Positions 9,633 through 20,273 of a stretch of DNA of 64,000 nt are shown here, piece by piece. Position numbers and translations under genes: made by a program. The stretch is from NCBI GenBank assembly GCA_902619265.1, contig CACNDL010000003.1, positions 575 to 64,574 of the forward strand, given 5' to 3'. The notes below the pieces were generated by a model. It made no database searches and was not told the DNA's origin. It saw nothing but the letters and a program-made list of their open reading frames with translations. The stretch comes from an uncultured SAR86 cluster bacterium. Its GTDB lineage: Bacteria > Pseudomonadota > Gammaproteobacteria > Magnimaribacterales > TMED112. How positions within the stretch are numbered: position 1 is the stretch's first letter; every line of letters starts with the position of its first letter.

Positions 9633-9678
9633 AATTGAGTGTCAAATTCTACTTTAAAACTGCTTTTTAATAAACAAT

Positions 9679-9707
9679 TTGGGCTTTTCCTTAAAAAAAA
9701 ATATAAT
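9679..9707 (+). promoter_or_regulatory. Putative sigma70-type promoter of aceE (TTGGGC-N17-TATAAT), with the -10 ending 6 nt before the ATG
   Basis: Hexamers read directly: ttgggc 9679-9684, tataat 9702-9707, ATG 9714. No Shine-Dalgarno-like purine run in between. Confidence 0.3.
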
Positions 9708-9713
9708 TCATTG

Positions 9714-12317
9714 ATGAAGTTTGAACCCAAAACAAACGAAGACCTCATTGATTGGGTTGATGCACTTGAAAATCTAATACTATTCAACGGAAAAGAGCAT
9801 ACAAAAAAGACTATCGAATCTTTTTTGTCATATGCTAATTCGAAAGGTCTTATTGATGATATCTATCATCAGATGCCCTTTGAAAATTCTATCTCAAATG
9901 ATGAAGAAATCCAGTATCCTGGAGATTGGGACATAGAAGAAAATATTAGACATTTTATTAGATGGAATGCTCTAGTAACTGTTTTAAAGGCCAATAAAGA
10001 ACTTGATTTAGGTGGACATATTTCTACCTATTCCTCAGCATCAACTCTTTATGAGGTTGGATTTAACCATTTTTTTAGAGGAGGAGAGTTATCTGACATG
10101 GTTTATTTTCAAGGCCACTCATCTCCTGGTATATATGCAAGGTCTTTTCTGGAAGGGGCTATTTCTAAAGAACAATTAAATAATTTTAGACAAGAAATTG
10201 ATGGTAAAGGTTTATCATCTTACCCGCACCCATGGTTAATGCCAGATTACTGGCAGTTTCCTACAGTTTCAATGGGTCTTGGTCCAATAATGTCAATTTA
10301 TCAGGCACACATAATGAAATACTTGGAGCAAAGAGGGTTGTTAAAAAATATCCCAAATAGAAAAATTTGGATGTTTTGCGGCGATGGTGAAATGGATGAG
10401 CCTGAGTCACTAGGCTCAATTTCATTAGCGGCAAGAGAGAAATTAGATAATTTAATATTTGTTATAAATTGTAATCTTCAAAGACTAGATGGACCAGTTA
10501 GAGGAAATTCGAGAATCATAACAGAATTAGGTTCAATATTTAAAGCAGCTGGCTGGAATGTGGTCAATGTAATCTGGGGTAGAAGATGGGATGATCTATT
10601 ATCAAAGGATTCTACTGGTGCCCTTAGATCAATTATGAACAATACTGTTGATGGGGAATATCAAAATTTTAAAGCAAAAGGGGGAGCGTATACTAGAAAG
10701 CATTTTTTTGGAAAACACCCTGATGCTTTAAAACTTGTTGAGAATATGACTGACCAGGAAATAGAAGAATTAAACAGAGGTGGTCATGATCCTTCAAAAG
10801 TTTTTAATGCTTATAAATCTGCTTATGAGTGCAAGAATAAGCCTACTGTGATTCTGGCATTTACAGTAAAAGGTTATGGAATAGGATCTCAGCAAGCAGA
10901 CAACACCACTCATCAAGTTAAAAAATTAAGCGAGGAAAATCTAAAGGGCTTCATTAAGAAATTCAATTTACCTATAAATGCTTCAAAATTAAAGAATTTG
11001 GAATATTTGAAATTTAGCAAAACAAGCAAAGAATTTAAATATTTAATTTCACAAAGGGAAAAGTTAGGTGGGTTTTTGCCTTCCAGAAAACCTATTAAAT
11101 CAAACTTAAAACCTCACAGCTTAAAACATTTTGATGATTTTAATGCAGTTTCAAAAAGAGAAATGTCTACAACTATGGTTTTTGTTAGGTTAATTACCTC
11201 TATTTTAAGGGACTCAAAAATTGGGAAACATATTGTTCCAATTGTTCCTGATGAGGCTAGAACTTTTGGAATGGATGGATTATTTAGACAATTTGGAATT
11301 TATAGTAGAGAAGGTCAAAAATATGAGCCAGAAGATGCAGACAAAGTAATGTGGTATCGGGAGTCAGAAGATGGTGTAATGTTAGAAGAAGGAATAAATG
11401 AAGCAGGAGCTTTTTCTGCCTGGTTAGCACTTGCAACATCTTACGCCAATAGCTCCTTACCAATGATACCTTTCTATATCTATTACTCTATGTTTGGTTT
11501 CCAAAGAATTCATGATTTAGCATGGGCAGCAGGAGATGCAAGAGCAAGAGGCTTTTTACTTGGAGCAACATCTGGCAGAACAACACTTAATGGCGAAGGT
11601 TTGCAGCATCAAGATGGACATAGTCATTTATTAGCTCAGACAATACCTAATTGTAAATCATATGACCCGTGCTTTGATTATGAATTAGCCGCAATTATCA
11701 AAAATGGCATAGACGATATGTATGTTAAGAATAATGATAATTATTATTATTTAACATTAATGAATGAAAACTATTTGCACCCAGAAAGACCTAAAGGCTT
11801 ATCAGATTCAGAAATAATGCAGGGAGGCTATAAACTTAAAAAAATTAAAAATCCGGATGTAAGAATTATAGCATCTGGACTAACATTGCGATTTGCTTTA
11901 GATGCCTCAGAAAAATTACTACAACTTGGTTTAAAGAGCGAGGTTTGGAGTATAACAAGTTTCAATGAGTTGGCGAGAGGTGGGATTGTTGCAGATCAAA
12001 ATAAAATGAATGAAAAGAATAGTAAATCATATGTCGAGAAATGTTTTTCAGACCATTTGCCGACAGTTGCAGTTTCAGAATATGAAAAACTATTCAGTGA
12101 ACAAATAAGAAAATGGGTAAATGGAAAATATATTTGTTTAGGAACTGATGGTTTTGGAAGAAGTGATACAAGAAAAAAGCTACGAGAATTTTTTGAAATT
12201 GATTCAAATCATATAGTTTTAAATGCTCTAGTAGCATGCAATCTGCAACAAGAAGCAAGAGAATTCAAGAAAAAATATAAGATAAAATTAAATACAGAAA
12301 GCCCTTATAAAAGATGA
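9714..12317 (+). CDS. aceE: Pyruvate dehydrogenase E1 component (homodimeric type)
   Basis: Full-length similarity pattern to AceE (DLIDWVDALENL N-terminus, GGHISTYSSAS, CGDGEMDEPES ThDP motif). The start at ATG 9714 matches the position of the E. coli N-terminus. Confidence 0.95.
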   Translation: MKFEPKTNEDLIDWVDALENLILFNGKEHTKKTIESFLSYANSKGLIDDIYHQMPFENSISNDEEIQYPGDWDIEENIRHFIRWNALVTVLKANKELDLGGHISTYSSASTLYEVGFNHFFRGGELSDMVYFQGHSSPGIYARSFLEGAISKEQLNNFRQEIDGKGLSSYPHPWLMPDYWQFPTVSMGLGPIMSIYQAHIMKYLEQRGLLKNIPNRKIWMFCGDGEMDEPESLGSISLAAREKLDNLIFVINCNLQRLDGPVRGNSRIITELGSIFKAAGWNVVNVIWGRRWDDLLSKDSTGALRSIMNNTVDGEYQNFKAKGGAYTRKHFFGKHPDALKLVENMTDQEIEELNRGGHDPSKVFNAYKSAYECKNKPTVILAFTVKGYGIGSQQADNTTHQVKKLSEENLKGFIKKFNLPINASKLKNLEYLKFSKTSKEFKYLISQREKLGGFLPSRKPIKSNLKPHSLKHFDDFNAVSKREMSTTMVFVRLITSILRDSKIGKHIVPIVPDEARTFGMDGLFRQFGIYSREGQKYEPEDADKVMWYRESEDGVMLEEGINEAGAFSAWLALATSYANSSLPMIPFYIYYSMFGFQRIHDLAWAAGDARARGFLLGATSGRTTLNGEGLQHQDGHSHLLAQTIPNCKSYDPCFDYELAAIIKNGIDDMYVKNNDNYYYLTLMNENYLHPERPKGLSDSEIMQGGYKLKKIKNPDVRIIASGLTLRFALDASEKLLQLGLKSEVWSITSFNELARGGIVADQNKMNEKNSKSYVEKCFSDHLPTVAVSEYEKLFSEQIRKWVNGKYICLGTDGFGRSDTRKKLREFFEIDSNHIVLNALVACNLQQEAREFKKKYKIKLNTESPYKR

Positions 12318-13510
12318 AATTAATAGAATTAAGAATACCTAATTTAGGCGAAGCTGAGGATACTGAAATAATAGAAATTTCAGTTAAAAAAGGAGATAAG
12401 CTTAAAAAGAATGATCCAATAATTGTTCTTGAGTCTGAGAAAGCAGCAATGGAAGTGCCATCAGACTATGAAGGAATAATTCAAGAAATTAAGGTTAAAG
12501 AAGGAGACACAGTTAAAGAAGGTAACATCTTCGCTGTAATCAAAACAGATACAAAAGATATAGTTCAAGAACCAGAAGAAATAAAAAGTAAGCCTGATTT
12601 AAAAACAGAAGATATTGAAGAGCCTAAATTTAACGATGGTGTAACTCTTAATTTTAGTGGTGTAAATGCTGGACCTGCTGTGAGAAAAATAGCTCGTGAG
12701 TTAGGGATAGATCTGAGAAACATCATTGGTTCTGGAAAAAATAAAATGATCATAAAAGACGATCTAAAAAATCATATCCACTCAATGGGAGCAGTAAGTA
12801 AAATTCAATACGCAGATTTAAAAAGCTTAGAGGAATTTGGTGATTATAAAATTGATAACCAGTCAAAGATTAGAAGGGCAGGAGCAAAAAATCTCACTGA
12901 ATCTTGGCAATCTATACCTCATGTATCTCATTTTGAAGAAGCAGACATATCAAAAATTGAAAAACAAAGAAGAGATTTAAATGAAATATCTTCTGTCAAG
13001 ATAACCCCACTAGCATATTTCATTAAAGCTACTTCATTGGCTTTAGAAGAGTATCCATTATTCAACTCTTCTCTAGTTGGTGAAGGTAAATTAATGCTTA
13101 GAAAGTATATAAATATTGGTATTGCAGTTAGCACAAATGAAGGACTAGTGGTTCCAGTCATTAAAGATGTTAATAATTTGAATATTGGTCAGATTGCAGA
13201 AAATATTATTAACCTTTCTAGAAAAGCTCGAGATAAAAAGCTAGTTAAAAGTGATATAACTGGCTCAACATTTACTATTTCAAGTTTGGGAGCAATGGGA
13301 GGCATAGGTTTTACACCAATAATAAATCCTCCAGAAGTAGCGATTATTGGCCTATCTAGAGCAAGAAATGTGGCTTCTTTAGAGAATCAAAATTTCATAA
13401 ATAAAACTTTTTTACCCTTTTCCCTTTCTTATGATCACAGGGTCATTAATGGATTAGATGCTGGTAACTTTATGGTTTTTGTAAAATCAGTAATTGAAAA
13501 AGGACTATAA
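12314..13510 (+). CDS. aceF: Dihydrolipoamide acetyltransferase E2, single lipoyl domain
   Basis: One lipoyl domain (VLESEKAAMEVPS), a peripheral subunit-binding domain (GPAVRKIARELGIDL) and a catalytic domain with SYDHRVINGLDAG. ATGA overlap with aceE. Confidence 0.9.
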   Translation: MKLIELRIPNLGEAEDTEIIEISVKKGDKLKKNDPIIVLESEKAAMEVPSDYEGIIQEIKVKEGDTVKEGNIFAVIKTDTKDIVQEPEEIKSKPDLKTEDIEEPKFNDGVTLNFSGVNAGPAVRKIARELGIDLRNIIGSGKNKMIIKDDLKNHIHSMGAVSKIQYADLKSLEEFGDYKIDNQSKIRRAGAKNLTESWQSIPHVSHFEEADISKIEKQRRDLNEISSVKITPLAYFIKATSLALEEYPLFNSSLVGEGKLMLRKYINIGIAVSTNEGLVVPVIKDVNNLNIGQIAENIINLSRKARDKKLVKSDITGSTFTISSLGAMGGIGFTPIINPPEVAIIGLSRARNVASLENQNFINKTFLPFSLSYDHRVINGLDAGNFMVFVKSVIEKGL

Positions 13511-13535
13511 TTAAAGCGAATTAACAATAAACTAA

Positions 13536-14261
13536 ATGGATTTAAAAGAGCACCTAGAATTAGCAATTAATGCTGCGAGAGAAGCCGGTGAATTTTTAAT
13601 TGAAAATAAGCACAAAGAGAAAATTATTAACTCAGATGCAGGAAGAGATATTAAGCTTAAAATCGATCAAGATTGTGAGCAAATAATAAAACAAAAGCTT
13701 TCAGTTTCGCAACTATCATTTGTTGGAGAGGAATATGGTGCTGATTTCAAAAATAATAGTGCTTATGTGTGGGTAGTGGACCCAATTGATGGTACAGCGA
13801 ATTATTTCAGAGGTCTTGATCAATGTTGCACTTCTATTGCATTAATGAAGGGCAATGAAAGTCATGTTGGGGTAATTTATAACTTCAATACCGATGAGCT
13901 TTATTATGCTTCAAAGAATAATGGCGCATTCTTAAATAATAATAGAATTAATGTCTCAAATATTGATACTAAAATTAAGGCCTCTCTGATTACAGGTCTC
14001 CCTGCTTCTGAATCAGTTAATTCATCAATTAATTTTATTGAAGACTTAGGTAAATGGAAGAAAGTAAGAATGTTTGGAAGTGCAGCTCTTTCATGTGCTT
14101 ATGTTGCAGCCGGAAAATGTGATTACTATTCAGAAATTGGCGTATATATTTGGGATTTTGCTGCAGGAATCTGTTTAGTTGAAGAAGCTGGAGGAGATGC
14201 ATCTCATTCAAAAATTGATAATGAAAGGTATTGGTTAAAATTCTCAAATAATCTTTTATGA
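13536..14261 (+). CDS. Inositol monophosphatase family protein (SuhB/CysQ-like)
   Basis: Motifs GEE, WVVDPIDGTANY and WDFAAG are characteristic of the IMPase/FBPase fold. Confidence 0.8.
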   Translation: MDLKEHLELAINAAREAGEFLIENKHKEKIINSDAGRDIKLKIDQDCEQIIKQKLSVSQLSFVGEEYGADFKNNSAYVWVVDPIDGTANYFRGLDQCCTSIALMKGNESHVGVIYNFNTDELYYASKNNGAFLNNNRINVSNIDTKIKASLITGLPASESVNSSINFIEDLGKWKKVRMFGSAALSCAYVAAGKCDYYSEIGVYIWDFAAGICLVEEAGGDASHSKIDNERYWLKFSNNLL

Positions 14262-15205
14262 AGATTGCAATTATTGCTGATAAAAAATCAGGCCACCTTA
14301 GCCAATGTTTGGGGCTGAGAGAGATAATTAAAGAATACAGCAAAAAAAAAGATATTTTTGTTTTAAATAAAGATCTTATAGCTCTGCCAGGTTTCTTAGA
14401 AAGGTCTATTACATTGATTAGCGAAAAATTATATTTATTTTTTTTAAAACTTTTAAACCCCAACCTAGTTGATTATCAATATGATTTAGTAATTTGTTCA
14501 GGTTCTAGGACCGCTATACCTTCTTATTTGTTCGCTAAACTAACAGGTGCCAAAGTTATTTACATTGGGAGTCCAAAATTTAGAATTATGAAAAAATTTG
14601 ATGGAATTGTCTCTACAAAAACTGATATAAGTTCGGTTTATAAAGTTATTACTACAGATTTGCCTCCAACAAAATTTAAACCATATGAGATCCAAAAAGA
14701 ACCAAATAAACAAAGTTTAGTTTTAATTGGTGGTGATGGTAGTGGATATGATTATGGTGAGAGTGATTGGTACAGGCTAGCATTTGAATTTCAAAATATT
14801 AATACAACTTTTATTAATTCACGAAGAACACCAAAGTTTGCATGGCAAAATTTAAAAGAGAATTCCGGTAAAAATCATGCTCACCTTGATGTAGAAAATA
14901 CCAATTTTAAAACCTTAGAAAATGCCTTAGATGAACACAGCCATATTTTTGTTACAGCTGACAGTACCAGCATGATTTCAGAAATAGTTACTAGAGGTTA
15001 CTTTGTAAACGTTATTGAAATGCGCGGGCCAATTTCAAAAGAACACCACCATGAAATTATAGATAGCCTCCAGCAAAAGGGACTTTTAAGAATTCTAAGG
15101 CTTAACCAACTTCATTTATCTGAAAATAAATTTCAAGAAAATGTTAAAGAATTTGTTGTGACTGAAAGAGATGCCCTTAAATCAAGAATACTAAAATTAT
15201 TATGA
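14258..15205 (+). CDS. ELM1/DUF1022-like protein (putative glycosyltransferase-like fold)
   Basis: N-terminus MKIAIIADKKSGHLSQCLGL resembles the K-x-G-H-x-N-Q-x-x-GL start of bacterial ELM1-family (PF06258) proteins, and the size (315 aa) fits. Recognised from memory only. Confidence 0.45.
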   Translation: MKIAIIADKKSGHLSQCLGLREIIKEYSKKKDIFVLNKDLIALPGFLERSITLISEKLYLFFLKLLNPNLVDYQYDLVICSGSRTAIPSYLFAKLTGAKVIYIGSPKFRIMKKFDGIVSTKTDISSVYKVITTDLPPTKFKPYEIQKEPNKQSLVLIGGDGSGYDYGESDWYRLAFEFQNINTTFINSRRTPKFAWQNLKENSGKNHAHLDVENTNFKTLENALDEHSHIFVTADSTSMISEIVTRGYFVNVIEMRGPISKEHHHEIIDSLQQKGLLRILRLNQLHLSENKFQENVKEFVVTERDALKSRILKLL

Positions 15206-16605
15206 AATCTATCTGTTGGTTTAGGAACGATTTGAGAGTTCTTGATAATCCTGCTTTGCATTACTGTTGCTTAAACAGTGATGAAGTGATTGCTATCTAT
15301 TTCTTAAATAGAAAACAATGGATGGAGCATAATGATGCGCCAATAAAAATTAATTTTTGGCTTAGAAACTTAGAATGCCTTCAAAATGAGCTAAAGAAAT
15401 TAAATATTCCATTAGTAGTTTTAGAGGCTGATACTTACAGAGACACAATTTCAGTATTGAAAGATTTTTCCATTAAGAATGATGTAAAGAATTTATATTT
15501 TAATGTTGAGTACCCAATTAATGAATTAGAACGCGATAGAGAAATCTATACATTATTTAAAGAAAATAATATTGGTGTTTTTGTTCATCATGATCAGGTA
15601 ATACATGAGCCTGGTTCATTGAAAACACAAACAGGCAATAATTTCTCGGTTTACAGTCCTTTTAAAAGAAAATGGTTTGCAGAACTTCAAGATAAGCAGT
15701 TAGATATTTTAGAAATTCCCCACAAGAAAGAAGCAATGGCTATTTCTGGAACTGATCTTTCAGAAATTTTAGATGAATTTTCACATGATTATGCAGAACA
15801 ATGGCCGGCAGGCGAACAGTATATACAAAACTACATAGATGAATTTCTTAAATTTAAAGGCACCACATACAAAGTAAAAAGAAATTTTCCTGCTATTGAT
15901 GCTACCGCTAAATTATCACCCTACATTAATGCTGGAGTTGTTTCCTCTAAATGGTGCTTAGTTAAGGCTAAAGAATATAACAATGATTTACTGGATGATG
16001 GTAACAAAGGAATTGTACATTGGGTTTCTGAAATATTATGGAGAGAATTCTATCGACATATAATTTACAACTTCCCAAAAGTTTCAAAAAATTTGCCCTT
16101 TATAGACTACACAAAAAATATTCCATGGAAAAAAGATGCTGAAGCTCTACAAAAATGGAAAGAAGGAAAAACTGGAATACCAATAGTTGATGCGGGCATC
16201 AGAGAAATGCTGGCAACCGGTTGGATGCACAACAGGTTAAGGATGATTGTTGCAATGTTTTTAAGCAAAAATCTCCTAACAAATTGGCAAGAGGGAGAAA
16301 AATATTTTATGGAAAACTTAATTGATGGGGATATTGCATCAAATAATGGTGGCTGGCAATGGAGTGCTTCAACAGGTACAGATGCTGCTCCATATTTTAG
16401 AATTATGAATCCAGAAACTCAGTCCATAAAATTTGATCCTCAAGGGAAATACATAAAAAGATGGATACCTGAATTAAAAGATTGTCCAGAAGCAGAAATA
16501 CATATGCCATCAAACCCTGAACAATATAATTATCCAAAACCAATTGTAGATTTGAAAGAATCAAGAAAGAATGCAATTGATGTATTCTCAGCAATCAAAA
16601 GTTAA
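15202..16605 (+). CDS. phrB: Deoxyribodipyrimidine photolyase (class I CPD photolyase)
   Basis: WFRNDLRVLDNPAL N-terminus and the FAD-binding region TGIPIVDAGIREMLATGWMHNRLRMIVAMFL...GGWQW. Confidence 0.9.
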   Translation: MKSICWFRNDLRVLDNPALHYCCLNSDEVIAIYFLNRKQWMEHNDAPIKINFWLRNLECLQNELKKLNIPLVVLEADTYRDTISVLKDFSIKNDVKNLYFNVEYPINELERDREIYTLFKENNIGVFVHHDQVIHEPGSLKTQTGNNFSVYSPFKRKWFAELQDKQLDILEIPHKKEAMAISGTDLSEILDEFSHDYAEQWPAGEQYIQNYIDEFLKFKGTTYKVKRNFPAIDATAKLSPYINAGVVSSKWCLVKAKEYNNDLLDDGNKGIVHWVSEILWREFYRHIIYNFPKVSKNLPFIDYTKNIPWKKDAEALQKWKEGKTGIPIVDAGIREMLATGWMHNRLRMIVAMFLSKNLLTNWQEGEKYFMENLIDGDIASNNGGWQWSASTGTDAAPYFRIMNPETQSIKFDPQGKYIKRWIPELKDCPEAEIHMPSNPEQYNYPKPIVDLKESRKNAIDVFSAIKS

Positions 16606-16614
16606 AATATATAT

Positions 16615-18033
16615 ATGGAAATCAATCAATTTTATATAGCTGGCGAGTTTGTCGCTCCTAACGGAAAAGAAAAAATAGATTTAATTAATCCTGCAACAGA
16701 AGAAAAAGTAGGTCACGTTCTTTCCGGTTCAGAAATCGATGTAAACAAGGCCGTTAATGCAGCAAAGAAAGCATTTTTAGCCGCAAGTTCATTATCACTT
16801 GAACAGAAGAAAACAATCTTACAAGAAATCATTGATGGGATGGACGAAAGGAGAGAAGAATTTGCTCAAATAATTTCACAAGAAATGGGAGCACCAATAA
16901 AAGTTGCTAGAGGAGCACAATTTAGCAGTGGAAAAGTACATTTTGCCAATACTTTAAAAGTTATAGACAATTTCAATTTTTCAGAGGTATACGACAATAT
17001 TACTTTAAATAAATTACCTATTGGTCCTGTAGGCATGATTACGCCATGGAACTGGCCATTGAATCAAATGTGTACAAAAATTGCATCAGCAATTGCAGCA
17101 GGAACGTCATTTGTATTGAAGCCAAGTGAAATTACCCCAGGGGCAGCTCATTTGTTTGCCGAAGTAGTTCATAAAACATCGATGCCCAAAGGCATGTTTA
17201 ACTTAATTCATGGTTACGGTGCGACTGTTGGTAGAGCAATGAGTGAACATAAAGATTTAGAAATGATTTCTTTTACGGGGTCTACTAGAGCCGGCATAGA
17301 CATCCAAAAAACTGCAGCAGACAATATTAAAAGGGTTTCTTTAGAATTGGGCGGAAAATCACCAAATATAATACTGGACGATGTAGATCTCGAAAAAGCA
17401 GTCCTAATGGGAGTGAAACAATGTTTCTTCAATACAGGTCAATCTTGTTCATCCCCGACTAGAATGCTGGTTCCAGAAAGCATGCTTGATGATGCTACAA
17501 AACATGCAGTTGCTGCAGCTGAGGCTATGTCTACAGGAGACCCACAGAATGAAGAAATATTTCTTGGACCAATTTCAAACAAAACGCAGTATGAAAAAGT
17601 TCAAACTTTAATTCAAGAAGGTATTGATGAGGGCGCAGAACTTGCATGTGGTGGTATTGGCAGGCCAGATAGGCTCGAGAGGGGCTTTTTTGTAAAACCA
17701 ACAGTATTCACAAACGTGAATAATAAAATGACAGTAGCACAGGAAGAAATATTTGGCCCGGTAATCTGTTTAATACCTTACAAAGATCTTGATGAAGCAG
17801 TTGAAATTGCTAATGACTCTCCTTACGGCTTATCTAGTATGATTTCTTGTAGAGATGAGGCAAAGGGTCATGAAATAGCTAAAAGAATTCGAACAGGCCA
17901 AGTTATTGTCAACAGGCAATCTAGAGGTGAATTCCCTGCTCCTTTTGGAGGATTTAAAATGTCTGGAAATGGCAGAGAGCACGGATTATTTGGAATTGAC
18001 GAATATTTAGAGGTTCAGGCAGTAATTAATTAA
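16615..18033 (+). CDS. NAD(P)-dependent aldehyde dehydrogenase
   Basis: ALDH motifs PWNWPL, FTGSTRAG, ELGGKSP and the catalytic Cys in FFNTGQSCSSPTR. Confidence 0.9.
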   Translation: MEINQFYIAGEFVAPNGKEKIDLINPATEEKVGHVLSGSEIDVNKAVNAAKKAFLAASSLSLEQKKTILQEIIDGMDERREEFAQIISQEMGAPIKVARGAQFSSGKVHFANTLKVIDNFNFSEVYDNITLNKLPIGPVGMITPWNWPLNQMCTKIASAIAAGTSFVLKPSEITPGAAHLFAEVVHKTSMPKGMFNLIHGYGATVGRAMSEHKDLEMISFTGSTRAGIDIQKTAADNIKRVSLELGGKSPNIILDDVDLEKAVLMGVKQCFFNTGQSCSSPTRMLVPESMLDDATKHAVAAAEAMSTGDPQNEEIFLGPISNKTQYEKVQTLIQEGIDEGAELACGGIGRPDRLERGFFVKPTVFTNVNNKMTVAQEEIFGPVICLIPYKDLDEAVEIANDSPYGLSSMISCRDEAKGHEIAKRIRTGQVIVNRQSRGEFPAPFGGFKMSGNGREHGLFGIDEYLEVQAVIN

Positions 18034-18842
18034 TCCAATAAATCTGGTTCTTCTTCCCAGAGAACATCAACCGTTGGCTGGAAGCTTACGTAAGCTGACA
18101 AATCATTCGCAACATAGTCTCTTGTGGCACAAGCTGTCTCATGTGGAATAATAATTGGCTTGCCAACAGCCTCTGCTAATAATTGTGATTTGCAGGCATC
18201 TTCCATATTTAGAAAATACCAAATTGTTGTATCTACCATAGTGCCAGTGGTTAGAATTCCGTGGTTTTGTAAAATAACAAAATCCTTCTCTCCCAAGGCT
18301 TTTGCAATGTTGATGCCTTCATCAGGACCGTTGGCAACTCCATCGTAATCTGCAAATAAGGCAGTTCTCTCATAAAATGCACAAGAGTCTTGTGATATTG
18401 GATCCAATGTTTTGCCTAAAGTAGAGAATGTTTTGCCATACATTGGATGAGCATGTGCAATAGAATTAATATTGTCCCTAGATTTATATATTTCTGAATG
18501 GATACAGAATGCCGCATCGCCTGCTCTCACATCACCATAAGCTAATTCTCCTGTCAGGCTCATAAGAACAAGATCACTCACCTTCATTTGAGCAAAATGG
18601 TAGCCTAAAGGGTTAATCCAAAAATGATCTTTAAACTCCGGATCTCTAAAAGAAATATGTCCTGCTACTCCAAGATCAAAACCCCTTCTAGAAAATATTC
18701 TAAAAGCTGCCGCAAGTCTTTCTAAACCAAACCTTCTTTGCTCTTCCATTGAGCAAGCTGCTATATTGACAGAATTTTCTAAACCTCTGCCTCGGTAGGG
18801 AAGTTTACCTTTATTAATGTCTATTTTTTCTCCAATACTCAT
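18030..18842 (-). CDS. Class II aldolase/adducin-domain protein
   Basis: GHISFRD, metal-binding HSEIY...IAHAHPMYG and ILQNHGILT motifs. Start moved to ATG 18842 (MSIGEK...) because the ORF-track extension would run into fumC. Confidence 0.8.
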   Translation of the reverse strand: MSIGEKIDINKGKLPYRGRGLENSVNIAACSMEEQRRFGLERLAAAFRIFSRRGFDLGVAGHISFRDPEFKDHFWINPLGYHFAQMKVSDLVLMSLTGELAYGDVRAGDAAFCIHSEIYKSRDNINSIAHAHPMYGKTFSTLGKTLDPISQDSCAFYERTALFADYDGVANGPDEGINIAKALGEKDFVILQNHGILTTGTMVDTTIWYFLNMEDACKSQLLAEAVGKPIIIPHETACATRDYVANDLSAYVSFQPTVDVLWEEEPDLLD

Positions 18843-18875
18843 AATAGATTTATAATATAACTTATAATTTTTAAT

Positions 18876-20273
18876 ATGAAAAAAAACCAATCCTTTAGAA
18901 TAGAAAAAGATAGTCTTGGCGAAGTAAAAGTTCCAAAAAAAGCCTTGTGGGGAGCTCAAACCCAAAGAGCAATAGAAAATTTTCCGATAAGTGGCATAAA
19001 ATTTAAATTTCCATTTGGTCGTTCTTTCATCAAGGCTCTCGGCCTTATTAAATACTCAGCAGCAGTTGCAAATCAAGATTTAGGTAACCTAACTATTAAA
19101 AAAGCAAATGCACTGAAAGCTGGTTCAAAAATGGTTATATCAGGTGAAGTAGATGAACATTTTCCTTTAGATGTTTTTCAGACTGGTTCTGGAACAAGCA
19201 CTAATATGAATGCCAATGAAGTTATTGCTAATCTAGCTTCGAAAAAACTAGGTGAGGCTGTTAGCCCAAATGACGACGTTAACATGAGTCAAAGCAGTAA
19301 TGACACTATACCTACGGCTATCTGTATAAGTGCTTTACTGGATATGGAAGAATTACTTATGCCAGGTTTAGATACGTTGATAAGAGAAATCGATGAAAAA
19401 GCAAAAAAACTTAAGGGCACTATAAAGACTGGAAGAACACATTTAATGGATGCGATGCCTATTGATTTTGCCCAAGAACTATCTGGTTGGTCTGCTCAAC
19501 TCAAAAGCTGCAGAAGCGCAATTGTTTCAGCCAATAAAAGAATGATGGAATTGCCACAAGGTGGCACAGCAATTGGTACTGGTGTTAATTCTCACAAAAA
19601 TTTCTCCAAAAATTTTTGCGAAGCACTAGATAAAGTTTCTGGTTTGAAAGTGAAACCTGCATCTAATTTATTTCAAGGGCTAAGTTCTCAAGATAATGCA
19701 GCAGAGTTATCAAGCACATTAAAAAACTTATCGCTAGTTCTTATGAAGATTTGTAATGATTTAAGATGGATGAATAGTGGACCATTGACAGGATTATCAG
19801 ATATTGAATTAGAAGCATTACAGCCTGGGAGCAGCATTATGCCAGGCAAAGTAAATCCGGTAATACCCGAGGCTGTTTCAATGGCTTGCGCTGATGTACT
19901 TGGAAATGATCTTACAATTTCTGTTGCAGTACAGAACGGTAATTTTCAGTTGAACGTTATGTTGCCTGTCATTGCTTATAATCTATTAAAAAGCATCAAC
20001 CTTCTAGGAAATTGTATGCCTCTATTGGCAAAAAAATGCATCAAATCTTTTAAAGTTAATAAAAAGAGTGTTCAAGAAAATTTAAATAAAAATCCAATTT
20101 TAGTTACTGCTTTGAATCCAATAATTGGTTATAAAAAAGCTGCTGAGATCGCCAAGAAAGCTTATCAGGAACAGCGAGCAATTATTGATGTGGCAGAAGA
20201 GATGACAACTATCGAAAGAAAGGAATTAGAAAGTCTTCTTGACCCTAAAAACTTAATTAAACCTTATTTCTAA
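18876..20273 (+). CDS. fumC: Fumarate hydratase class II
   Basis: QTGSGTSTNMN and signature GSSIMPGKVNP. Length is 465 aa. Confidence 0.95.
   Translation: MKKNQSFRIEKDSLGEVKVPKKALWGAQTQRAIENFPISGIKFKFPFGRSFIKALGLIKYSAAVANQDLGNLTIKKANALKAGSKMVISGEVDEHFPLDVFQTGSGTSTNMNANEVIANLASKKLGEAVSPNDDVNMSQSSNDTIPTAICISALLDMEELLMPGLDTLIREIDEKAKKLKGTIKTGRTHLMDAMPIDFAQELSGWSAQLKSCRSAIVSANKRMMELPQGGTAIGTGVNSHKNFSKNFCEALDKVSGLKVKPASNLFQGLSSQDNAAELSSTLKNLSLVLMKICNDLRWMNSGPLTGLSDIELEALQPGSSIMPGKVNPVIPEAVSMACADVLGNDLTISVAVQNGNFQLNVMLPVIAYNLLKSINLLGNCMPLLAKKCIKSFKVNKKSVQENLNKNPILVTALNPIIGYKKAAEIAKKAYQEQRAIIDVAEEMTTIERKELESLLDPKNLIKPYF

Noticed and set aside
9639-9713. Long N-terminal extension of aceE starting at GTG 9639
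   Set aside because: Alignment to the known AceE N-terminus begins at the ATG at 9714 (MKFEPKTNEDLIDWVDALE). The extension (MSNSTLKLLFNKQFGLFLKKKYNSL) has no counterpart and would remove the only space for a promoter.
14341-14350. Homopolymeric A/T tracts (for example A9 at 14342-14350 in the ELM1-like gene, and A8 runs in the lasso and ABC genes) as phase-variation switches
   Set aside because: Such runs are frequent throughout this AT-rich sequence, including essential genes, and mostly encode Lys-Lys-Lys. There is no evidence of frameshifted or split ORFs next to them in this window.
18843-18965. 41-residue N-terminal extension of the class II aldolase ORF overlapping the fumC start
   Set aside because: The extension is hydrophobic low-complexity (FFWNFYFAKTIFFYSKGLVFF) and would overlap fumC by 90 nt head-to-head. 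The internal ATG at 18842 gives a normal-length aldolase/adducin domain.
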